Source: Balanoglossus misakiensis (Eukaryota > Animalia > Hemichordata). Taken from it: DNA of 64,000 nucleotides. The position numbers and the translations under genes were made by a program. Location of the stretch: positions 649,522 through 713,521 of the forward strand of contig CM082587.2 in the NCBI GenBank assembly GCA_040954595.2. Direction: 5' to 3'. Each line of letters begins with the position of its first letter. The first letter of the stretch is position 1. Below are positions 1-10,200 of this stretch, piece after piece. The notes below the pieces were generated by a model. It saw nothing but the letters and a program-made list of their open reading frames with translations. It had not been told where the DNA came from and ran no database searches.

Positions 1-176
1 TTCTGTCATTAATTCAGCCACATGATTCTTAGCACCTTCCGCAATAGTTCGTCTCCTTCCATACACCATCACCATGGCCTGGCCAGGGTCACATGTCATA
101 TCTCGGTTGAGCTGGTGGCATCCATAGGCTACAGCATGATCAATGTAATCTGTGTAGACCACTCTGTGTAGCATGG
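1..176 (-). CDS. Lipocalin exon 13 (domain 3, SCR2/SCR3; cut by window edge)
   Basis: Acceptor ccacag, then TMLHRVVYTDYIDHAVAYGCHQLNRDMTCDPGQAMVMVYGRRRTIAEGAKNHVAELMTE; open to position 1. Confidence 0.88.
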
Positions 177-3100
177 CTGTGGCAGAGAAACAGATTGGGT
201 GTCAATGTCACAAATTAGAAATTATTACTTTGGAATCATTGATGCATTCATGCAGAGTAAAAAAAGCCAAAACACGTACATAGTCTCTTGATACTCTACT
301 ATAGTATCGAGCACTTAATAGTATCGGACCAGTCAAACCAAATACTTTGTATACATATGTATGTACGTACATACATACATACAAAGTAGAAATACAGACA
401 AGAGAGTGTACAAATAGAACCTGATCTTACTCATTCGCATGTTGGGCATCTTGACTCTGAAATGTGCCTGTGTCTCACTGATAAATTCTCCTTTAACTGT
501 GCCTTCTCTACCAATGCAAACACCATTCCTGAGCACAACAAATAAGAGCAATATTACATAAAATAGTACAAATTTATTAACCTTCATATAAAACTATAAT
601 ATATTTTTACATGTTTTTTTATAGTTTACTACCAAAATTTAATATGAAAAGTCTCCTTGAAATAACAAATCTAAATGCTTTTTGTTCCTTTTCCTCTGTT
701 CTCAGATAACTGTAATCATGCAAAAAATGATGGAAAATGCTCAAACTTACATGCTGACGCCAAATGCTTTCATATCAACTATCTTGTCGTGATGTCTGGT
801 CATGACTAACCCTTCAGACATGACATCATGGGGCATATGGAGTCCAGCAGGAAGATATGTGGCCACTACGTACCATTTACCCATATACTGAAAAATCATG
901 GCAGACATTGTTACAGGAATCTTCCTGGTGAGAATTTGGCAGTTTGGAATAATTCACGCTGTGGTAAGTGGAATAATACAGTTTAGTCAAAACTGACTAC
1001 TTTCTGAGACCATATGATTGCATAACATGAGGTAGAACTAGGTATAAGTGGGTTAGAACAGTTTTGGTGATAGACCATGTGCAGACTGTGTACAAACAGA
1101 AATGACAACACACCTGATCTATATCAAGTGTCTGTACTGGCAATGTTGGAACAGCACACTGTCTTGGCCCACTGCCAGCACCACTGTTTCCATGGTGACC
1201 ACCAGGCATTGGAGGTCTTCCATCTGATGTGGTGTTACCTGCAGAGAAAGTTTTTAAAACCGGTTTTCATGTGTCCTGATAGTATCATTCTATGAAAATA
1301 AATTATTGCATTCAAAGCCCCATGAGCTGCCACTGTTTGTATGATTACTAAATTAGAGATTTATATAATTTTAATTGTTTAGAATTATAATGAATACAGA
1401 GAATGACTACAGCGACTTACCAACTGTGACCAGATCTGTGGGATCTCCATTGCAACAGTCAACTGTAAGATAAAAGTAAGTGCTGTCAATTTCTATGTAT
1501 TGTATTTGCTGTGGATACAAGTCTGTAATGTGTGACAGAATTATTGAGGGAATTTTTTTAATTGAAGTAACACATACTTTTGGGAGTTCTTCGGATCCTT
1601 GTGACATCAATACACAGACTGGCAATTGTCTGTCCGAACTTGGCGCGATGTGATGGATCCAAAGTTGGTGTTCGACTCATGATCCACATACTGTTGTGAT
1701 CTTGATGACAGGTACCATCTTCCAAAACGCGATTGCAACCATAGAGTACAGCATAGTTGTCGTAGTCAGTTGACATGATCCAATAGGGGCCTAAGAATAG
1801 AAATGTAACAAATTAATTATGATAAAATAGTCAAAAGTTACAAACAGAATTTTAAACATGTTGAGTAAACAATTACCATGATCTCCGATGTCAAATCCTG
1901 GTGGGATATCCATGCTGACCTGCCACTTAGCTGCTGTTTCACTGGAATTTCCGTAACTGGCTTTTCCATGCAACGTCAAATCATAGCAGGAATGTCCTCT
2001 GTTGGGAGCAAGTTTATGAAAGATGCTGTTAACCATTGAAGTCATCACAATATGTGATAGCAAGATATATTGTAAACATTTAATATTAACCCTTTCATGG
2101 TCTGACTAAACCCCTATATATATTTTTTGAAACTTACTGTATAACTCCTGAGATGGTTACATTGATTTGTCCATCTTCATGCAGTGTTAGGATTGTTTTA
2201 TAAGTGTTTGGAATATTGGGATAGAGTGGAGTGTTTGTCATAGCGACTTCATACCAGACGCCCATGTACTGAAAGAAATAATTGAATAATTGAACAACTA
2301 ATTGAATCAAATGATCAACTGGTCACTTGGCACTATTGGCCAATTGCGAGCCAAAAGCAGAAAGATGACCAGGCATATTCAGGTTATATTACATCTTAGT
2401 GTTCATGCTGTCTGAAAATTTCATTTTAAAACGCTTTCACGTATGTAAAACTCCCTGTGGAGTCCATTGTAAGGTGATTTACTGAGTTTCTTTTTGTGGT
2501 ATGGGACATGAAACAGAACTGATGGAGAACGATGAAAACAAAGGCAATTCCATATGTGGTGGTTGGTGGCGCTCTCAGTCTTTCCACCACAACGAATGAC
2601 CATATTTGATCCTTACCCTTTCAACATCGAAATTTTCTTGCACTCGCAAGTCTTCTTCCACTCTACACATTCTGTCACCGCTGCAGTCTGCAAATTTATT
2701 TGGAATACAATATCCGTTTTCAGTAAAAAAAAAATCACAAGATATGGTTACCATACCTTGGATAATATGAGTCTACAAAAATCATGAAATTTGGACAGTA
2801 GTTTATTTTATCTTGTCAACTGCAACTCCGCATTGCAACGTAGAAAAAAAGTTCACCCACCCTTAGGAATGATGTTGACTTCCGCGGGGTCGAGGCACAC
2901 CGAGCTTATGACGTCATCGATGACGTCCGTGACTTCATCGGGCAACTGTGCTGTACGGCTGAGAATCCATACCATCGTGTGGTCGTTGCTACAGGTGCCG
3001 TCATCCGTGATTTCGTTACAGCTGTATACCACGGAGTAACTGTTGTAGTCTGTACTCAGCACCCAATAGCTTCCTGTTTGAAATACAGTTGAGCGAAAGA

Positions 3101-5436
3101 GCTGGTCAAACATGGCAACCACTCGTTTCATCTTGCTAGCGAGATGAAGGTTGATGATGACTGATAAAGTTTTCTTATCAAGTTTCCTTACATAGATCTA
3201 AAAGAATGAAAGCCATGCAAGGGGTCCCCACCCTTTACCTTCTTGGTCCACTGGCATCATGTTTTCCATATTGGGCCTTGCATGCGATGGTGGGTGGCCT
3301 GGTGGTCTCTGTCCTGGTGGACGGTTTCCCCCTGGTGGTCTTTGCCCTTGTGGTGGATGTGGTGGTCTCTGTCCCTGTGGAGGGCGCCCTGAACTCGGAG
3401 GTAACATCCTGACGACCATTTTGGCAGGGTTGTCGGTTCCAGGTATTCCCAGAAATCTGAATCTATCATCATTTCCCAGACATGTTTCGCCCCTTAAAGA
3501 AGAGAATAACGTTTTCATTATTCTATCCTCATCACTCTCTCTGGCTGGAACTTGGGTGTGTATTGCTCAAAGAGTGGCATGTGTGTTTGTGGTTACTGGC
3601 TGCCAAATAGGCTGAGATATGATTTTATTCAAGGTTCAACAGCCAACCGGCAATAGCCAACCCTTTGAAAGTCGTTTGTGGTTGTAGGCATAAACAGTAT
3701 TGCCTATGCTCTGAGGGAAAATCATACCAAAGTAAAGAAACATTGGATTTAATTAATGAGCGACAAACCAACTTACATGCTCACTCCCCGAATTCCCATT
3801 CCGATATGACCATTTTCCTGCAGGTGGTATTCTGACATCTGTTTGTCGGGCAGAATGTCAACAGATTGACGGCGACGGACCTCGTGCCATTCCCCCATAT
3901 ACTGCAATAAAAAGTGCCAATGTACAGGTTAAAGGGAAAAATCTCCCTCAAAGCCATATGGACGACTCAAAGTGCTTGTAAATCGAGTGAAAAGTGGACC
4001 CAGTCGAAATCCCCATTCTTGTACCACGACCGGACAGGCGGAGACTTTTTCATCACCGATAACATGTTAGACGGTTGACCGATGGCAGACTTAACCTACT
4101 TTTATACACAATTCACGACATGACAAATCATTGTAACACAAGCAGATCGATAATCAGTAGAGATAAAACATGGCATGATGTGATTTATTTCAACCAAACA
4201 ATTGTACGTATTTCAGTCATTGGTATTTAGACTACCAGTCACCGAAACAATGTTGATATCCTATTTCCGTCCTGAAAAATCGATATGAAGTTCAAAGGCC
4301 AATCGGAGCCATACATCATTACGAGCGAATTATTGCATGTACATGTACATTGAAATCGCCTATACAATTCACAAACTGGCCACTTTTCAAATCATCGTAA
4401 ACTACGACCTCTTTACAGCAGGTTCGTTTTAATTCACTCTTGGTATAATATGGTCAAAAAGTGAATTATAGACATGATAATTGCAGAAACCTCTCTGACA
4501 TAAGTTATCATGAGGTGTGAAAAATGTGTTTTTTTAAAGATGTCATCTTTAGATAGTACAGTAAAGGTGGACGGAAATACCTCTTGACCTCTGACTCGAC
4601 GTTGTTTCGTGACGTTATCTTGTTTACAACAAATCATGAAATAATATAAAACGATTGCTAGCTATGTCCGGTCTTAGAAATAATTTTCGGTGAATTTCTA
4701 AATGTTGGTGCTCTCGACCCGACGTAACTGTTCTGATAGCCTCGACAGAATCGAACTTCAAAAATTAACCTTCTTTTGCTCCGTTCACGGATTAGAAGAC
4801 TGGCTTTTTGATGATGATGATGCTGCTCTTTTTTCTTGACTTTAGTTTTCAACCATTCTCGAAAACTTTAAAAAGTGCTCCATTTCGTCACAAAAAGTGG
4901 TTTCGTGAAATCAGCACACCGCTATCGCGAAATCCAATAGGTCTTGACCGATATGTTATATGGTTGCGACCAGTAAACTTCTGCCTGGTAGTGCCAGTTT
5001 GCATGCAAGAATCTCTTGATGGATGGGATATTCAATCGGACGATATCCACGTCATTTCACGTTTACAGCTGCAGGTCAGACGGGGACGATCGAGTTGAAT
5101 GGGGGACCTCACCGATTTAGTTGACTATGTCTTGTCGCAACAGTGGAGGGACTGTGGGTAATGGGACCTCAAGTAAAACAGAGTTCCCATAATTCCCTTT
5201 AGTGGACCAATAGCCAGTGTTTTCGTGATAAAACTTTGCAAAGTTCCTAGAGTACTTGCCACAGTGATAAAAACATTGAAAAGTTGAAGTAACTTGTGCC
5301 ATACCTGTTCAACATCAAAGTTCTCTTGCACTTGGATTTCGTCGACAAGACATGCCCTATTTCTTTGATCCCTTGATGGTCTTGCTAGCACCACTGAGAT
5401 GCAACTTAGAACAAGTACTGTCCGTAGAAGTTTCAT
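1..5436 (-). CDS. Secreted multi-domain lipocalin with at least 3 tandem RBP4/purpurin-like domains; 3' end lies outside the window
   Basis: Hand-spliced model, all introns GT-AG and in frame: complement(join(<1..176,431..528,751..887,1114..1238,1421..1462,1578..1790,1877..1998,2138..2268,2617..2687,2861..3073,3239..3492,3777..3901,5305..5436)). Signal peptide MKLLRTVLVLSCISVVLA. Lipocalin SCR1 occurs three times (YMGEW, YMGVW, YMGKW), SCR2 TDY three times, and SCR3 as WILSR, WIMSR and MVYGR. Confidence 0.92.
431..528 (-). CDS. Lipocalin exon 12 (domain 3)
   Basis: Acceptor gctcag, then (M)NGVCIGREGTVKGEFISETQAHFRVKMPNMRM, donor gtaaga. Confidence 0.85.
751..887 (-). CDS. Lipocalin exon 11 (domain 3, SCR1)
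   Basis: Acceptor tttcag, then YMGKWYVVATYLPAGLHMPHDVMSEGLVMTRHHDKIVDMKAFGVS, donor gtaagt; 137 nt. Confidence 0.88.
1114..1238 (-). CDS. Lipocalin exon 10 (linker and start of domain 3)
   Basis: Acceptor ctgcag, then GNTTSDGRPPMPGGHHGNSGAGSGPRQCAVPTLPVQTLDIDQ, donor gtgtgt. Confidence 0.85.
1421..1462 (-). CDS. Lipocalin exon 9 (end of domain 2, short linker exon)
   Basis: Acceptor ttacag, then IDCCNGDPTDLVTV, donor gtaagt; 42 nt, phase 1-1; supplies the C-terminal Cys of domain 2. Confidence 0.8.
1578..1790 (-). CDS. Lipocalin exon 8 (domain 2, SCR2/SCR3)
   Basis: 213 nt, the same length as exon 4: GPYWIMSTDYDNYAVLYGCNRVLEDGTCHQDHNSMWIMSRT...SLCIDVTRIRRTPK. Confidence 0.92.
1877..1998 (-). 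CDS. Lipocalin exon 7 (domain 2)
   Basis: Acceptor caacag, then (Q)GHSCYDLTLHGKASYGNSSETAAKWQVSMDIPPGFDIGDH, donor gtaatt. Confidence 0.85.
2138..2268 (-). CDS. Lipocalin exon 6 (domain 2, SCR1)
   Basis: Acceptor tttcag, then YMGVWYEVAMTNTPLYPNIPNTYKTILTLHEDGQINVTISGVI, donor gtaagt. Confidence 0.88.
2617..2687 (-). CDS. Lipocalin exon 5 (end of domain 1, start of domain 2)
   Basis: Acceptor ttgcag, then DCSGDRMCRVEEDLRVQENFDVER, donor gtaagg; parallels the end of exon 1. Confidence 0.88.
2861..3073 (-). CDS. Lipocalin exon 4 (domain 1, SCR2/SCR3)
   Basis: 213 nt: GSYWVLSTDYNSYSVVYSCNEITDDGTCSNDHTMVWILSRT...SVCLDPAEVNIIPK. Confidence 0.92.
3239..3492 (-). CDS. Lipocalin exon 3 (domain 1, with Pro/Gly/Gln/Arg-rich insert)
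   Basis: Acceptor tttaag, then (M)GETCLGNDDRFRFLGIPGTDNPAKMVVRMLPPSSGRPPQGQRPP...PVDQE, donor gtaaag (phase 1). Confidence 0.88.
3777..3901 (-). CDS. Lipocalin exon 2 (domain 1, SCR1)
   Basis: Acceptor ttgcag, then YMGEWHEVRRRQSVDILPDKQMSEYHLQENGHIGMGIRGVS, donor gtaagt (phase 2). Not in the ORF track. Confidence 0.88.
5305..5436 (-). CDS. Lipocalin exon 1 (signal peptide and start of domain 1)
   Basis: MKLLRTVLVLSCISVVLARPSRDQRNRACLVDEIQVQENFDVEQ, then donor GTATGG (phase 0). Confidence 0.9.
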
Positions 5437-6900
5437 TGTAAAACGACAAAACACGACCAATGCGCAGTGATGTTGTTTTGCCCGATGCAATCTAATGGAG
5501 TATCAAAGAAACTTTAGTGTGGTGACATCAGCCGATTGAACTCCACTCGACGCTGTGATCTTTGGGTGTGATTTAAACACTAGCGGAATATTCTATTGTT
5601 TCCCAGGGAAGGGGACCTTTTGGCCTATATGGTCAGTCGCAAACCACATAAAGCAAACCTCTATGTTGGATACGAGTACTGCGGCAGTTTTTACACCTAT
5701 TGTACATGCATGTGAGACAAACTGGAGCTTGTTACCACTAGAAATATCCAATTGATGCCCCTATTTGTAATGGTTCAGCCCGTATGATTTTTCAAAGTGA
5801 GGGACTTCATTGTTCAGAGTCGAGGTGGTTGTTTTTCGTCTCATATCTTCTATCTTGATAACCTTGTCAGTCTCTTAGCCCAATATCAATAAGATTAGCC
5901 ACACAGACGACAGCAAACATGGCGCCATTTTGAAGAACTTTATGTATTTATGGCCGAATGTATTTTTGGTACAATGGATGCCCGATTGCATTCAACTAGC
6001 AACTTTTAAAGTCGATATCAAAAGAACGTGAACATATTTTGTGTAATCTAATAAACGTTGAAACTTTTTCAAATCACCATTAGTTTAACATATATAATTC
6101 GGTGATGCGACAGCCGATAAAAAATTACGTAATCCTTACGTCACAAAATTACACCTGTCCGACGAATGGTTTGATGATAAGACCGAAATCTGCGAAGTAC
6201 GCGTAATACTTATGTCTTTCTGTGAATTTTCTGTTGAGGTACCACGTCACCAAATCAAACGTTGTCCACGAAATTATCACAGACGGAATGAAGTATCTGA
6301 AGTAGTTGGGGAAACTCGACATCTGCAAAAGCAGGATAACCCAGTATAATTACAAATGTATATCTTCCTCCATAAATAGTGCATGTCTCACTCACACGAA
6401 CAAATGCCTTCTTTCAATTTGCACTTGTACATTATAAACCATCGTCTATTTTCGAACGACACATCTTTCATAGCAACCTTTGACAGGTTTAAGGTCGCAG
6501 AGTTCGAGGACATTAATGGTGGGTTTTAGAATGCTGATAGTGGTTATTACGGTCTTGTTCTACTGTTTTCAAACAAACTTCCAACTTTAGGACTTGAGAA
6601 GTGACAGGTTATGGGGTAGAGAGAGTCAAGGGCGATTCCCAGATAGGTCAACACAAAAAGTAAATCCTCCAAGGTTGTGGGTTAAAGGAGTTCGAAGGAA
6701 GTTGCCGTCACTGGAGGGTTAAAAGCCGACAGCCTTGGTGATTTAGTGAGCTTGTAGTTATTAGTAACAATAGGGTGGGTGGGAGATATTTGGGTCAGTC
6801 ACGCGTGGAACACATCAGCGACCAGTAAGGATTGTATTTCGATTAAAAAAACTTCAGGTAACAAGTAAAAATCTTGGATGTTGCACTATTGACTAAGAGA

Positions 6901-6982
6901 TGCAGTTCAGTAGCGCGAGGATTTGCCTTGGTCTGTGTGTAAGACGGCAAAACCAGGCAAAACCTCGAGCTACTGAACTGCA
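6901..6982. repeat. Near-perfect inverted repeat (hairpin), MITE-like or pre-miRNA-like
   Basis: Left arm tgcagttcagtagcgcgaggatttgccttggt pairs with right arm accaggcaaaacctcgagctactgaactgca (about 31 bp, 2 mismatches, 1 bulge); 19-nt loop. Confidence 0.8.
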
Positions 6983-7146
6983 GCTACATTTTCATATAGC
7001 TCAACCTCAACCCTTCATAACAACTGTAAGCATGTTTTTCTCTTGTTTTTCTAACTTTTAATCGAGTAAACAACGTGGGCTTCAAGGAAACTTGAAAGCC
7101 AGATCTTCCGCTTGGTCCATTCATCATCTGTCAACATGATGAAGAC

Positions 7147-7211
7147 GGGTCATTGACCTCTGACCCAAGCTGTGCTTCTTGGAAGACTCTGACGTCAGAT
7201 CTGTGACGTCA
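7147..7211. promoter_or_regulatory. Composite nuclear-receptor element (IR1 plus DR1) next to two full CRE palindromes
   Basis: GGGTCA-T-TGACCT-C-TGACCC at 7147-7166; TGACGTCA at 7190 and 7204. Confidence 0.4.
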
Positions 7212-10200
7212 TCAGAGATTCAGCTTGATATGGTGAACGAAAACACCAACTAATTTAGCTGATTATAGAAGTCAGAGGACATCTTAATCGAAGGTTTTCG
7301 TCGCCGAGGGCGCTATTACTCTTCGCCATTCTGAGTTGTCTCTGGAAAACTCAGCGGGCGAGGTTGTATTACGAAAGTAAACTTTCTTGCATTCGAGTAA
7401 TTCAGGTGGATGAAACCATCACAGTCATTAATTTATATGAGTGAAACAATATTGATCTCACACTGCCGATCTTACAATACCAGTGCGAAATAGGACGTCA
7501 TACGTCTGTTTCGAATATGTGTAAAAATGGTTCCATTTCCAATGAAACCTTTCAGTCGGCAGAAATGAAATCGTGGATATACATGTGTACATACACACGT
7601 GTATACAATGTGTTCGGATATGCCACACGATATGACATACTGGGCTTCTTATCCAGCTGGGGAGGGTAATGACAAATACACGTGACTAGCCGATGTGCTA
7701 AAGATAGAAAGATAGCCACGCTTAACACACACGCACACACACATGAGGACAGACACGCACGGACACGCACACACACACAGAGTCAAAAAATGCGGCAGAC
7801 AACAGAAAAGCGTACCGAAGGGAGGAAACTGTCGACGGGAGAGACGGACAGATAGTCAAAGTGAGTGGCGGTGAAGAAGACAACATCTAATAGCAAATCC
7901 CCTCATTAGCAGTAGCAGAATTACGAGTGACGAAATATGATGATATTAGTGAAAGATTAAATCCGGACTAGAGTCAGTCTCAAGTAACGCGATTCAAGTC
8001 AATGTCGACTTGAATCGAGTTACGTGACACTTGATTCTTGTCGGTGTTAACGAGGCGGATGTGTATCGAAAAAAATACTTTTTTGTCAAGTAAAATTAAG
8101 AGAGATGGGTACCACGCACTGCCAACTATAACCTTACACCATGGCCCCTCTTGTGTGGAGGGGCCGTGCTTACACATTGGCCCGGGTCTACTGTCATGTA
8201 AATATACAATTACCCGCTATCTGGTCATTATCTGGTCATAATAGGAAACCACAACATACCATGACAATTGTCAATTAAGAAACTGGGTTAATAGGGTCTT
8301 TAAAACAGAGCCACGGCTTCCAATAGATATATGTGAAGGCATTGACCACTTGAAAGTAACTGAACACCAAAAGACACAATTGGAACAATACATCCCGCTA
8401 TTCTGTGTTTGCTCACCTTGGATATTGATTGTACTCGAGGAGCGCTAATTGACCGTCCGACAGGGCAAAAAAAGGAAACTTTGGCCGAGGAAAGCACTGA
8501 GTAAAAGGACTTAGAACATATAGAATGCAGTCCTGTGTCTCATTAAGACCCATCGAGTCTATCAGAATACAGTACTTTGAGCGGCTTACGGTTAAGTCCT
8601 ATTCTTCGCCGTTCTTCGTTCTATACAGTCTATTACGATAGAAAAGTTTCAGAAAAAATAAACCCCTGCATTGTCTGTATTAAAGTGTGCATCAAGTTAT
8701 TTCGAAAACCAAGAGGAACACTCCTTGTACAAATTAGTCCAAAAGAAGCGCATTTAGAGAGACTGCCAATATGTGACCCCACGTGAAAACGTGCGATTGG
8801 CTAGATAGATATCAAATGCCATCGATGTCGGCATATGCTTACACGTTGCCTGTCAGGAGAACGTGAAAGGGAATGCATGTTTTGATATAAAGAATTTAAA
8901 TCCAATTGCAACCTTAGTAAATTGTAGGTGTGCCAGCACCTAGAAAGGACACGTGATCTCACATGTACATGGAAACATCTACAAAGCATATGGTCAAGGA
9001 AAATGAAAGACACGTGATTCCGATGTGTTAATGATCCCATCCACTTGACGAAAACTCGTTAGTGCTGCACGCATCCTGTCAACAATCACTTGACAATCCC
9101 GACAATCTTTCTCTCAGGAAAAAAAGGTCTGGATAGAAATTGCAGGATAGGGCGGAGGAGGAAGACCTCCAAAAAACTCGTGTGCATGAAAAACGACAAC
9201 CCCGTGAGTCTCAATAAGACATTGTTCTTATTGAAGCTTGATTCAGGCCTGTCTTCATACAGCCCTGAAATCAGTCAAATTTTTCAGACTCTGTAACAAA
9301 TGCTATTTCTCTGTCAGGGCCTGTTACAAACATCTCCTGAACTCTGCCTGTGGTTTTCTGACTAAAAATCTGACGTTGCACCAACAACATATAGGCCTAC
9401 CCCATACAAAAATAAACCTACACGATGATCACCGGCAATAAGCCAGTGTCGCCCGCTTAGCGTTAACGTTGGCAAGACGACAGCCAACATCATGTCCCGT
9501 TTATCATGCCGCATCCCTCTGCTCCCGTTTCGTTCTCTACCCATCTTTCAATGTCGCCCCCTCGTCATTTTCAGTGGAACCCAATCACTGTTCATTACAA
9601 CAGAAGCTTGAACTGAGATTTCTCTTCCCAACAACCACAGATAGAAAGAAGAGATTGTGCGCAACGTTCTCTCTCGCTGCATCTCTGTCTGTCTGTCTGT
9701 CCTCCTCCTCCTCCTCATCATCATCATCTAATTTACAATAGCAATGATAACATCTCAGTTCAAGCAAGAAATAACGCATCAAAGTAAACGTATTCGAACA
9801 ACCGAAAATGTTTATCGCTATGCGAACATTGTATAAAAAGTGACTAGGGTTTTGCTGATGTAACCTCTCCCTTTGACATAAATGGGATCGTCCAATTTAC
9901 TTTAATGAAGGCAAATTAGTGGCAGGGCAGAGCCGGCAAAGCCCACTAACGAAGTGGATGCAACTGAAAACACGTGTAGTCAACGTTTTTTTCTATTTTC
10001 ATTCACATCAGATCTGTAGAACCGTAGTAAGCGGCATTTTAATACAAGACAAACTCTCGGCAAGAATGGACGGACTGGTTTCGGAGCTCGGATCATCGAC
10101 GACAGGTACAGTCACTTTTTTATCTCATGCGGTTATTTTTTTGAGTTCTGCTCGACTACTCCATCAGAGAACACGCTCATGAAACAGTCGTTCGAGCAGA

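Noticed and set aside
3259-3615. Plus-strand Gly/Cys-rich ORF (GGLCPCGG) resembling a metallothionein or keratin-associated protein
   Set aside because: It is the antisense reading of the Pro-rich lipocalin exon 3.
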